Below are positions 1 through 9,788 of a stretch of DNA of 64,000 bases, piece by piece. This DNA comes from Candidatus Poribacteria bacterium (lineage in GTDB: Bacteria > Poribacteria > WGA-4E > WGA-3G). Position 1 is the first letter of the stretch. Each line of letters opens with the position of its first letter. Location of the stretch: assembly GCA_965205025.1 (NCBI GenBank), contig CBDBFU010000033.1:1-64000 (forward strand), read 5' to 3'. Below the pieces are notes generated by a model that made no database searches, was not told the origin of the DNA, and worked only from the letters and a program-made list of their open reading frames with translations. The translations under genes and the position numbers were made by a program.

Positions 1-222
1 TACTTCCCAGATACCGACTCATTGTATATCAACTTGTCCGAACAACCAAGCGTAGAAAGCCAAGAAATCTCCGATGGTATCCTGCTTGATTATGATGCCG
101 ATGGGAGACTTGTTGGTATTGATATAGATAATGCAAGCCACAAAATTGACATGGAGAAACTGATTCTAAGTCAACTTCCTTGTCGAATTGAAAATAGCGT
201 TGAAAAAATAGATTTTTCTTAA
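1..222 (+). CDS. DUF2283 family protein (putative antitoxin), 5'-partial
   Basis: Frame open from base 1: YFPDTDSLYINL...ILLDYDADGRLVGIDID, typical DUF2283 pattern. Confidence 0.8.
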   Translation, partial: YFPDTDSLYINLSEQPSVESQEISDGILLDYDADGRLVGIDIDNASHKIDMEKLILSQLPCRIENSVEKIDFS

Positions 223-426
223 TTTTTTCATGATGGTATAGGTCTTGTAGCTTGTGATGCTGGTGTCTACTGTCACGCGATGAATTCAAACTATAATCTC
301 AAAATGAGCCCCCCAGAATATCTGGTTGATGGCGATAAATTGACGTGTTTTCGTCGTGTGGAGACCTTAGAAGATTACATACGGTTGTTCGATGTTTAAT
401 TCTGACAAAGTTAATAGATTACAGAT

Positions 427-1443
427 TTATAAACGTTCAAGCAAGAACTCAATCCCAGTATCAAGATTGATCTCATGTTCACCTTGGAAATGGTCAAGGA
501 CTAATTGATCACGTTTTCCACTGGCTGTATAGATCTTCTCCAGATGATCAAATGCTTCTAATGCATCAGATTCAATAAAGCACATATCATCAGAACCGAT
601 TTGTACCATACACGCCCGTGGTGCAATTAATCCTGCCACATCGGCAATATCACCCTCTGCGCGTAAACCGAACATGAATTGAGATCCACATGTGTTACCC
701 CTGCCCCGATCACCCAATGCATCAGTGAGAGTGCTGAGATAACAAACTATAACTGCTGCTTTTATTCTTTTATCAAAAGCTGAGATATAGGTTGTCATAG
801 TTCCACCAAATGAACACCCCATACATCCTAACCGAGTGCCATCAACATCTGGACGCGACTGAAGGTAATCTAAACATCTCTTTCCATCAGATATATTGAG
901 TTGAATAAGTTGATAACCGAAATATCCGAGTGCCAGATATGCGACATTACATCCATCTCTTCCAGGTCGTCGGACCCACTCTTCTCTGTCTTTGCGTTCA
1001 CCGAAACATCGCCAGTCCGGTGCAATCGTAACAAATCCCTGTTTTGCTAATTCAACTGCATATTGTTTCTGATAATCATCAACTATTCCTACAGCTCCAT
1101 CTTTTCCTATGCCATGTCCATGAGCACAAAGAACAGCAGGGGCAGGATTATCAGGAGTTGCAGTGTCAGGTATTAATACATATGCAGGGATTGAAGAGAA
1201 TGGATCTGAATTGAAGATTATCTTCTCTCTTGTGTATCCATCTTGATGAATCTCTTCTAATACTTCAACCTCCAATGGGACATGTTCTGGCATTGGACCT
1301 AAATGACGAACCATATTCCGTCTGAACTTCCTACGCCACTCTCTCCAATCCGTTTGTGACGTACCGTTGAAGTAAAGTGGTGGTGTTGTTTTCAGAAGAT
1401 TTTGGACACCCTGTTCTACTGTCAAAAATCTTTCTACTGCCAT
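427..1443 (-). CDS. Alpha/beta hydrolase (dienelactone hydrolase / acetylxylan esterase-like)
   Basis: Nucleophile elbow GCSFGG, HGHG oxyanion region, C-terminal GEH, RBS GGAGA. Confidence 0.85.
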   Translation of the reverse strand: MAVERFLTVEQGVQNLLKTTPPLYFNGTSQTDWREWRRKFRRNMVRHLGPMPEHVPLEVEVLEEIHQDGYTREKIIFNSDPFSSIPAYVLIPDTATPDNPAPAVLCAHGHGIGKDGAVGIVDDYQKQYAVELAKQGFVTIAPDWRCFGERKDREEWVRRPGRDGCNVAYLALGYFGYQLIQLNISDGKRCLDYLQSRPDVDGTRLGCMGCSFGGTMTTYISAFDKRIKAAVIVCYLSTLTDALGDRGRGNTCGSQFMFGLRAEGDIADVAGLIAPRACMVQIGSDDMCFIESDALEAFDHLEKIYTASGKRDQLVLDHFQGEHEINLDTGIEFLLERL

Positions 1444-1595
1444 AATTTGTGTCTCCTATTGTGCTGCTTTTTATAACGTGCGGGTATTTTAGCACGAAAA
1501 GGTATTGATGGCAAAGGCAATTCAGGTTATAATTATCGTAATCAGTTATGACAAGATATTGGCTACTCTGAACAAACTGACATAGGAGAAACACA

Positions 1596-1790
1596 ATGTC
1601 ACGACTTGAGAAAGTTCAGCAAGCGATTCTCGCTCTACCTGAAGCCGAGTACAGACAATTGCGACAATGGTTCAGCGAATTGGATTGGGAAAAATGGGAC
1701 CGAGAGATTGAAGCAGATTCAGAAGCGGGGAAATTGGATTTTTTAATCGCTGAAGCTCATGAAGAGAAAAAGGTAACACAGAGAAATTGA
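1596..1790 (+). CDS. Small putative addiction-module antitoxin, no adjacent toxin
   Basis: LPEAEYRQLRQWFSELDWEKWDREIEADSEAGKLDFL pattern; RBS AGGAGA. Confidence 0.6.
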   Translation: MSRLEKVQQAILALPEAEYRQLRQWFSELDWEKWDREIEADSEAGKLDFLIAEAHEEKKVTQRN

Positions 1791-1820
1791 ATGAATTTCC
1801 CTGTGTCTAATCAAAATTCC

Positions 1821-3713
1821 CTACCACGGTTGTTGATACGATGCTACATTGACAAAACGCTGCATCCCTACTTCCAACTTAATGTGTGTATTAGGCGGTA
1901 GATTAACTTGAAGATATGTGCCGTTGATCGATATGGTGTCCCCGCTTTTACCATCATTGGCACGTGCAGTCGTGAAATTGTGTTCAGCCATCCCTCCTGC
2001 CTGAATAATTACATCCCGATCAGTTGAATCGCTTAAATTGACTAATTCAATATTTGTTGTATTATCAGTGATATTTGTAACCAACACGGCTACATCCTCA
2101 GGAAGACCTGGACGTTTATTCTCTGGATCAAAATGACGGACGCGTGTTACAAATAAACCTCCGTTGTAATGGGGTAATGGAGCACCACAAGTCAACTGGA
2201 CAAGTCCTTCACAAGTCACTGGATTCCTTCGCTGGAAATATGCATCTCCATAACCAGCCGGATCTTCATCATCATTTTCCATGTAGTTGAGTCGTTGTTG
2301 AACTTGTGATAGATTATGATTGAGGATTGATTCGGGATATTCAGGAAAATCACCTCGCATATATGCCAACCAACCACCATCACGTCCACCTTGGTCTTTA
2401 GTATGATGCCATGTGTTAATGTCAAATTTCGATCCTGTCTTTTTCATAATCTGTATGGCACGATACTGGTCCTCATCTTCCATTGACATAGCCCATAAAT
2501 GAGCAACATCAGATGGGTGCATTGGCATAAATTCAAACCAACCATCTTTTTGTAAGACGGTACCGTCCTCTTTTGTAATCGGATACTGCATCCACGGACC
2601 AAGAGTATAGTTTGCAATTCCAGGATCACCATATTTCTGTGGTACATAGAGTTGATCGTTATGCTCCATACCGTTCTGAATTAGGACATCAATTTGCGAT
2701 CGCGGGAAATCCATATATGTCAAATCATTGTGAAGGAGTGCTGCATTCTGTGCAGCAGTACTCACTGCTTGTCCAACGCTATGCCAGCCGTGTGGCCAAC
2801 TCCAACCATAACGAGAACCATACCACTTGCCTTCCATGTATTCACCGATTTTTCCTGTTAATCCAACGTTATCAGGTACAATTCCGTCATTTTCTTCAGT
2901 GCGTGCAATCCATGCATCAACATATTCCTGAACCCATGCCTTGTATTTCTCCTCACCTGTGAACATATAGGCATTGGTAGCAAGAGTAGTTGCAGCAAGA
3001 TTACCGACTGCATCTCCTTTTCCTTGTCGTTCATAGATAATTCGTCCCATCAGATCCCGTAACTCATCGCTTTCCAACATCACATCACGACTTGTGCACC
3101 CTGGAACATCAATAAATGGTAAATTGTAACCCATAGCAGGATAAAATGATTCTCTTTCGAGGATCCAAAATGCCGGTCCTTTACTACCATTCATTGCACA
3201 CTTGATGATTTTGTGTTCTGGGTCGTAATTCTGGGCATCTGGATCCTCGTTCAGATAGAATCCTGCGAAGCGTTTGGCGCGTTCAATGTTTGTAGTATGT
3301 GTCGGATCAGCCATACACAACATGTAAAACAGATAGTTCCCTTCACTTTGGTGAAACCAGTCGTATCCCGGTTGATACTCCTTATAGACCATTGGATAGT
3401 CGTGTCCCGATCCGAATCGTGCCATGTCTTTTGTGATAACATCAAATTCGGTTTGTGCATCTACCAAGAACTGTGCATCTCCACCAAGCATATAAAAAAG
3501 TGGCCAATTATGGAAACTCTCATAAGCATCGTCTAATCCATCAAAGCTTTGAAAATCTGGATGTGTTGGCCAATATAACGTTCCGTCTGGACGTGTGTAC
3601 TTTTTTAGAACTTTAGGTGCTGCAGTATTAATTTCGTCAATCAATTTACGTTCAAGAACCGCCCATTCTGGGGCATTCTGGAAGTGATTCTGTGCTTTAA
3701 TTGTAGGAATCAT
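1821..3713 (-). CDS. Large conserved hypothetical protein, possibly an (alpha/alpha)-barrel lyase/hydrolase
   Basis: ~630-aa ORF, ATG at 3713 with GGGAGA RBS; aromatic/acidic motifs DDAYESFHNWP, YDWFHQSEG. Confidence 0.65.
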   Translation of the reverse strand: MIPTIKAQNHFQNAPEWAVLERKLIDEINTAAPKVLKKYTRPDGTLYWPTHPDFQSFDGLDDAYESFHNWPLFYMLGGDAQFLVDAQTEFDVITKDMARFGSGHDYPMVYKEYQPGYDWFHQSEGNYLFYMLCMADPTHTTNIERAKRFAGFYLNEDPDAQNYDPEHKIIKCAMNGSKGPAFWILERESFYPAMGYNLPFIDVPGCTSRDVMLESDELRDLMGRIIYERQGKGDAVGNLAATTLATNAYMFTGEEKYKAWVQEYVDAWIARTEENDGIVPDNVGLTGKIGEYMEGKWYGSRYGWSWPHGWHSVGQAVSTAAQNAALLHNDLTYMDFPRSQIDVLIQNGMEHNDQLYVPQKYGDPGIANYTLGPWMQYPITKEDGTVLQKDGWFEFMPMHPSDVAHLWAMSMEDEDQYRAIQIMKKTGSKFDINTWHHTKDQGGRDGGWLAYMRGDFPEYPESILNHNLSQVQQRLNYMENDDEDPAGYGDAYFQRRNPVTCEGLVQLTCGAPLPHYNGGLFVTRVRHFDPENKRPGLPEDVAVLVTNITDNTTNIELVNLSDSTDRDVIIQAGGMAEHNFTTARANDGKSGDTISINGTYLQVNLPPNTHIKLEVGMQRFVNVASYQQPW

Positions 3714-3951
3714 AGACTTATCTCCCAAAATCGAATCATAGGTTTCAGTTAGGGATACAGATTTGATAAAACAGATAGCTTTTTCATTAAACTACAATAG
3801 TGTTTTAAGTTATCACGGATCACAAGAATTGTCAAATATGACTTGCCACATGGGTGTGTAAAGTTTTTGTCACTAAACATTACGCTGCTATTGTACTTGG
3901 ATACCAATTTTTATCTCAAGTATCATTTTTAGTATTCATCTCAACTCCAGA

Positions 3952-4118
3952 TATGTTAGCTGTATGGATACTATGTATTGTAAAAAACTGTTAATTTTTA
4001 TCGTCTTAAAATGTATACACTTTCACGGAAACCTTCACGGAGCAATTTTACGAACCCTTATTCTATATAGGTTTATAATTTTAATGATACCAATTTTCCG
4101 TGAATCACATTCGTTAAT
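3952..4118. repeat. ~165-bp dispersed non-coding element, copy 1
   Basis: Aligns with 55752..55916; exact shared core TACACTTTCACGGAAACCTTCACGGAGCAATTTTACGAACCCTTAT and ATACCAATTTTCCGTGAATCACAT. Confidence 0.85.
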
Positions 4119-4177
4119 TATACTATAACTAAATTGTGTGTTGAGTGCTTATATGTTTTTCATACGAAGTATATTGG

Positions 4178-4252
4178 CACATAGCACTCCGCTGGAGTGC
4201 CCGACTGTTCCGATATTGTTTTCTATAGACACATAGTACCCTGCTGGAGTAC
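4178..4252. repeat. REP-like hairpin doublet
   Basis: CACATAGCACTCCGCTGGAGTGC and CACATAGTACCCTGCTGGAGTAC in tandem. Confidence 0.65.
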
Positions 4253-4821
4253 GGTATTTTTGATATACAAAACTGAATAAAAAATAGACTTATCATTAGA
4301 TACTCAGTTTCTCCTGAATTAGAATTGTTAATCCTAATATACAGACAATAAATCAGATGTAAAAACAGTCATTTAATCCTAAATACTCAGTTAGTAGATC
4401 GTGTTTTTGTTGCATTTCTGTATGGGTGGAAAAAATGTAAAAAGTTACACTTTTTGTCACACGGTGTGACATTGAAATTGGTGTAAATTATTCCTGTAAC
4501 CCCTGTCATAGACTGGCTTTACTCCACTTTGAATTGACTTTATAAGAATTTCTAAAATGTGTGATTTTGTGTTTTTGTTGTGCTTCCTGATTTTACATTC
4601 CCAACGGTTAAAAAGTTATGCATTATTGACGTATATAAGATTTCGTAATTAGGATCGTTTTTCGTGTAATGTATTAGCATTGTTTTAGTATTAGTATTCA
4701 TAAAATAAACTATATAATATGGTGTAAATTTATTTTTATATTGATAAACATTATTCATATGTATGTTAGTTGTTAGAAGTGAATTTATTCTTCATTTTAT
4801 TTTGAACACAATAAATATAAT

Positions 4822-4851
4822 CGGCAGGTGATTTATATCATCTGCTGTTTT
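4822..4851 (+). terminator. Intrinsic terminator-like hairpin
   Basis: CGGCAGGTGAT-TTAT-ATCATCTGCTG (two G-U pairs) followed by TTTT. Confidence 0.45.
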
Positions 4852-4953
4852 ATGTTTAATACCGATTGAGAAATGGGTTGTGATATGGTAAAATTACAAG
4901 GAAATAAGTCTACTGGACAATCCTTGTTTTTGTCATAATTTGAGAGAAGGCTT

Positions 4954-5475
4954 ATGAATAAAAACACAACAAATCTGGCAAGATCCTATAGTAATCGTGC
5001 CAAAACTCACTTCAAGAATTGTGATTTTGATAAAGCTATAGAAGATTATACCAAAGCTATAGATCTGAATATACAAGATGCTGATGTATATTATACTCGT
5101 GGAAAACTATATGACGAAGACGGTGAGTCTGAAAAAGCATTAGCAGACTTTAGTATGGCAATAAAACTCAACCCAAGGCATGCTGATGCGTGGGGTTTTC
5201 GCGCTACCCTTTACAGTGAGCAAGGTGAGTATGACAAGGCAATTGATGGTTATAGTAAAGAAATTGAACTACGTCCGTATGATGAAGAAACTTATTTTGA
5301 GCGTGGTATGATTTATGTTAAGAAGGGTGAGTATCATAAAGCTATACAGGATTTTACCGAAGCAATAAAAAGAACACCATGTTTTTCTGAAGCATATTTT
5401 GAACGTGCAATGGTATATTTCCGAATAGGTAATTTAGATTTAGCGATTTTAGATTTGGTTAGAATATCGATATGA
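4954..5475 (+). CDS. Tetratricopeptide repeat protein
   Basis: Serial 34-aa repeats AIEDYTKAIDL, ALADFSMAIKL, AIQDFTEAIK. Confidence 0.9.
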   Translation: MNKNTTNLARSYSNRAKTHFKNCDFDKAIEDYTKAIDLNIQDADVYYTRGKLYDEDGESEKALADFSMAIKLNPRHADAWGFRATLYSEQGEYDKAIDGYSKEIELRPYDEETYFERGMIYVKKGEYHKAIQDFTEAIKRTPCFSEAYFERAMVYFRIGNLDLAILDLVRISI

Positions 5476-5631
5476 AACATTATGATACTGACATTTCTAA
5501 ACGATGATTACTAATTGAAGAAATTCCTAAATATCTCTTGTCAGGGTACTACTAAGAGTGATCGTATTTTGAACTATTTAATAGAAATGGTATAATCATC
5601 CATTAAACTTGATTCACGTAAAGGAGAAATT

Positions 5632-6051
5632 TTGATCTACACATTGACTATTCATCCAGAAATGACGTTCAACGAGATAGCAACGGCACTCGCGGACACA
5701 ATCCCGCATGAAAAAATTATTACAACTGCAGAAAGTGTATTAGCAGATAAATCCGAACCTTTTAATCCTCTTAATCGTTCTAGTCCTTGGCGTATTACCC
5801 TTAACGAAATGGTCACAGATCACATTCGTATGAATGAATTTCTACCTGTCAAAACGATTATAAACGCAATGGTAAGTCATTACATTGATTACTACAAAGA
5901 TCTTTGTCCTCGTGCACCAGTTGGAGCCTTACAATATTTTGTTGATGACTGTGAGATATCTAAAAGTTACCCTATGTTAATTGGAGAAGTGTCAGAAATA
6001 CTTTTTGATAGACACCATACACCTGAGAGTGTTGATGCTTTAAAACAGTGA
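5632..6051 (+). CDS. Hypothetical protein upstream of R-M genes
   Basis: 139-aa ORF, TTG start with AAAGGAG RBS. Confidence 0.65.
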   Translation: MIYTLTIHPEMTFNEIATALADTIPHEKIITTAESVLADKSEPFNPLNRSSPWRITLNEMVTDHIRMNEFLPVKTIINAMVSHYIDYYKDLCPRAPVGALQYFVDDCEISKSYPMLIGEVSEILFDRHHTPESVDALKQ

Positions 6052-6153
6052 ACTTCATAAGTTATATACCTCTCTGAAACACTTAATCTTACTGAAGCGT
6101 TTATTAAGATTAAGATATACACATTTTTATACTCTAACAAATGGAATGGTTTC

Positions 6154-7467
6154 ATGTCACCAAACGAAATTATTGAGTTGTTCAATCACAAATCTATTGA
6201 CAAAGACTGGTCATTTAGCGAATATAAGCCATCAGACACGGGAAAATGGACGCATGGTTACCACCGCTATCCCGCCAAGTTTATTCCACAACTTGTTGAA
6301 AAGTTAATGGATACTTACATCATAAACGGAACAGCAAGTATAAACGATCCGTTTATGGGATGTGGCACAACCATTGTTAGCGCGATATCGCGTGGATTTC
6401 ACGCGAGCGGAACGGACATTAATAAAATTGCTTTTTTGATGACTGAAGTGAAGGCAAAAGCGATCTGCCCCGAATATCTTAAGAAAAAGGTAAATATATT
6501 TTTATCAGAGATTTGTCCACCTGAAAAAGAGGATGGGTTATTCAGTAAGACTCATATAGAGCCTTACATTCCTGATAGGCATTTAGAAAAGATAGACTAT
6601 TGGTTTAAAGAATCAGCACGAGACGAACTTGGAAAAATCCTGTCCGTAATTCGTAAAGAAAATGACGCTGTAATCAAATTCTTTCTCCTTGTTGCTTTTA
6701 GTCATGTTCTTAAAACATGTTCAATTTGGAGCCAGAGCAGCACTAAGCCAACACGGGATTTCAAAAAGCGATCCACACTTCCTTATGATGCTATCAAAAG
6801 ACATATTCTGAAAATGGTAAAAGGAAATTCTCAATTATATGAAGCTGTACCGTCTCATGTTAAAGACGATCCTGATGGTTATCTAAAACTCCGATTAGGT
6901 TGTGCTAAAGAACAGCCAGTTCCGAATGATAGTGTCGATCTAATTGTAAGTTCAAGTCCGTATGTAACAAGTTACGAATATGCGGATCTTCATCAACTCT
7001 CAACTCTTTGGTTGAATTTAGCTGACGATCTCAAAGAGTATAGAAAAGAGTTCATTGGTACTTCCTATAAGTATTATGAGAACAAGTCACTAAAGAGTCT
7101 AATAGCTGCTAATATCGTTAATGAAATGGTGAAAAAAAACAGAAAAAAGGCAATGGAAATTGAAGCATTCTTTATTGATATGCAGGATGTTTTTAACGAA
7201 AGTTTTAGAATTCTAAAACCGGGCGGTAGGTGTTGCTACGTCATCGGAAACACCAAATTACGAGGGGTTGAAATACTTAACGCAGAAGCATTTGTAGATT
7301 CCCTGCAACATTCTGGATTTAAATTTGATAATTTAATTAAACGAGAAATTCCTTTGAAAATCCTACCTCAGACAAGAGACGAAAAAACAGGACGGTTTGC
7401 AAGCAGGGATAAGGCTGATTCTCAAGCATATCCAACGGAATATATTGTCATCGGGTTAAAGGAATAG
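6154..7467 (+). CDS. Site-specific amino (N4-C/N6-A) DNA methyltransferase
   Basis: HGYHRYPAKF, motif I DPFMGCGTT, motif IV DLIVSSSPY, RILKPGG. Confidence 0.9.
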   Translation: MSPNEIIELFNHKSIDKDWSFSEYKPSDTGKWTHGYHRYPAKFIPQLVEKLMDTYIINGTASINDPFMGCGTTIVSAISRGFHASGTDINKIAFLMTEVKAKAICPEYLKKKVNIFLSEICPPEKEDGLFSKTHIEPYIPDRHLEKIDYWFKESARDELGKILSVIRKENDAVIKFFLLVAFSHVLKTCSIWSQSSTKPTRDFKKRSTLPYDAIKRHILKMVKGNSQLYEAVPSHVKDDPDGYLKLRLGCAKEQPVPNDSVDLIVSSSPYVTSYEYADLHQLSTLWLNLADDLKEYRKEFIGTSYKYYENKSLKSLIAANIVNEMVKKNRKKAMEIEAFFIDMQDVFNESFRILKPGGRCCYVIGNTKLRGVEILNAEAFVDSLQHSGFKFDNLIKREIPLKILPQTRDEKTGRFASRDKADSQAYPTEYIVIGLKE

Positions 7468-7473
7468 AAAATC

Positions 7474-8157
7474 ATGAAGTTTGAAGATTTGAAAGATATG
7501 TACAGCGATGCACAATTGGTAGATGGTGAAGAGGCCTATAGATCAGTTTCTCAAATTTTGCAGTATGGAAAAGAACGTCATAAACAGGATTTTTTGAGAG
7601 AAAGACCCAACGGAGATCATGAACAAAGTTGGCGGGCTTTCAAAGGAAAGAATTTTGAGAAATTAATACAACATATTATTACGGAATCAATTGAAGCCCT
7701 TGGCATGAAGGTTATAAACGGTAATAAATTAGAACGGAGCAAGAACCTAGCCTACGGCTTGAGTTTAGTTAAGCGAAATTTAGCAATTGACTATGGTGAA
7801 TTTGGATTGCAATTTACCCGATGTTGATATTGTGGTCTACAATCCCAAAAACCATAAAGTACTTGCTGTAATTTCAAGCAAAAGTTACGTTGCGTGAGCG
7901 CATTGCTCAAACAGGTTATTGGAAACTCAAATTATTGGCGGATAAAACAACAGAACATATTAAAGTCTACTTTATCACTCCCTGACGAAGATGGCACTTT
8001 GACGACCACATATCTTCCAAAAAAGGGACGTGCCATTGTTGAGATTGACCTTGATGGCACTTATGTACTAACAGAGGCTGACCTCGAAGAAAGCGATAAG
8101 GTAAAACTTTTTGAGCATTTCATTGAAGATTTTAAGCAACTGATAGAAGACAACTAA
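7474..8157 (+). CDS. BsaWI-family type II restriction endonuclease, copy 1 (three apparent +1 frameshifts)
   Basis: Reconstructed: EQSWRAFKGKNFEKLI...LPDVDIVVY...ISSKVTLRERIAQTGYWKLKL...VKLFEHFIEDFK. Confidence 0.75.
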
Positions 8158-8175
8158 GCCTTAAGGAGTTTTACA

Positions 8176-8875
8176 TTGAGCAAGTACACCGTTGATGATG
8201 TGATAAATATGTATAAAAAAGTGCAACGTACTAAAGGGAAAGAAGCCTACAGATACGTTTCTGAAGTTTTTGAACAAATTGAAGGACCTTACAAGGAAAG
8301 TTATTTGAAAGAAAAACCAAAAGGGAGTGCTAGCCAAAGTTGGATCAAATTTAAGGGAGGTGTTTTGGAGCAACTACTCCAATATATGATTACAGATTCA
8401 ATTGAAGAGCTCGGATTGAAAGTAGTCAACGGCAAATAAATTACAGCGTGCCCAGTTATCAGCAGAATTAAGAGTTATTAAGAATAAGGTGATAAATTAA
8501 TTATGGTGAATTTGAGTCGCTCCTACCTGATGCTGACATTGTTATCTACAACCCTGAGAATTCAGAAGTTGTTGCTATTCTCTCAAGTAAATTTTCATTG
8601 AGAGAACGCATTACCCATACGTGTTATTGGAAATTCAAATTCCTTGAAAATCAAAGAACAGAACACATCAGACTTTATTTAATTACGCTTGACAGGGACA
8701 AAGACCTGACGGAAAGGGAGCATCCGAAAAAACAACGGATCATTGCAGAAACAGATCTTGATGGTACCTATGTCTTAACAAAAGAAAAACCTTCAAGAAA
8801 GCGACAAGGTAAAACTTTTTGAGCATTTCATTGATGACTTCAAGAAAGTGTTAGAAGAAAGTAATAATCAGTAGT
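8176..8875 (+). CDS. BsaWI-family type II restriction endonuclease, copy 2 (three apparent +1 frameshifts)
   Basis: Reconstructed: SQSWIKFKGGVLEQLL...LPDADIVIY...LSSKFSLRERITHTCYWKFKF...VKLFEHFIDDFK; RBS AAGGAG. Confidence 0.72.
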
Positions 8876-9772
8876 ATGAAATTAGCGAATGCGCCATGTT
8901 CATGGGGGATCCTTGAGTTTGAGTTGGAAGGGGAATCCCCTGATTACACACAAGTTTTGGATGAAATGCACGAAATCGGGTATCTTGGTACTGAATTGGG
9001 TGACTGGGGTTTTATGCCGACAGATTCATCACAACTTCGTGATGAACTTGCGATAAGAAAATTAACGCTACTAGGTGCTTTTGTTCCTGTTAACTTTATT
9101 GATGCTAATGCACATATTTTGGGTGAAGAAACAGCATTACAACATGCACGTCTATTAGCAGATACTGCTGGTGATATACCATACATCGTATTAGCTGATG
9201 ATAACGGTTCATCTGAAGTAAGAACACAAAATGCTGGTCGGATTCTTTCTGAACATAGTCTAAACACTCAGCAGTGGGAAATTTATAGTAGAGGTGTGAA
9301 TCGAATAGCAGAATCTGTATTGAATGAAACTGGGTTACGTTCAGTTTTCCACCATCATTGTGCAGGATATGTAGAAACACCAGATGAAATTGATAGATTA
9401 ATGGAACTTACCGATCCAAATCTTGTTGGGTTGTGTTTCGATACAGGACATTATAGATTTGGTGGTGGTGTGCCTATTGAGATATTCGGTAAACATGCAG
9501 ATAGGATATGGCATGTTCATTTTAAGGATTGCGAACCGGATATCGCTGCACGTTCTCGTCAAAAGGAATGGGATTATTTTAAGTCTGTTGGTAGTGGTGT
9601 GTTTTGTGAATTAGGTAATGGGGAAGTGGATTTCCCTGTATTCATTGACGAATTACAAGATCGGAAATATGATGGTTGGATTGTGGTAGAACAGGATGTA
9701 TTACCTGGGATGGGAAGTCCTTATGATAGCGCAAAACGAAATTATCAATACCTAAAATCTATTGGAATTTAA
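8876..9772 (+). CDS. iolE: Myo-inosose-2 dehydratase-like TIM barrel
   Basis: ANAPCSWG, FHHHCAGYVET, DTGH, HVHFKD, WIVVEQD; next to iolG. Confidence 0.8.
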   Translation: MKLANAPCSWGILEFELEGESPDYTQVLDEMHEIGYLGTELGDWGFMPTDSSQLRDELAIRKLTLLGAFVPVNFIDANAHILGEETALQHARLLADTAGDIPYIVLADDNGSSEVRTQNAGRILSEHSLNTQQWEIYSRGVNRIAESVLNETGLRSVFHHHCAGYVETPDEIDRLMELTDPNLVGLCFDTGHYRFGGGVPIEIFGKHADRIWHVHFKDCEPDIAARSRQKEWDYFKSVGSGVFCELGNGEVDFPVFIDELQDRKYDGWIVVEQDVLPGMGSPYDSAKRNYQYLKSIGI

Positions 9773-9788
9773 CTAAGAAAAAGTCTTA

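Noticed and set aside
304-399. Possible Uma2 endonuclease remnant (GDKLTCFRRVETLEDYI)
   Set aside because: 31 codons with only faint resemblance; cannot be supported without a profile search
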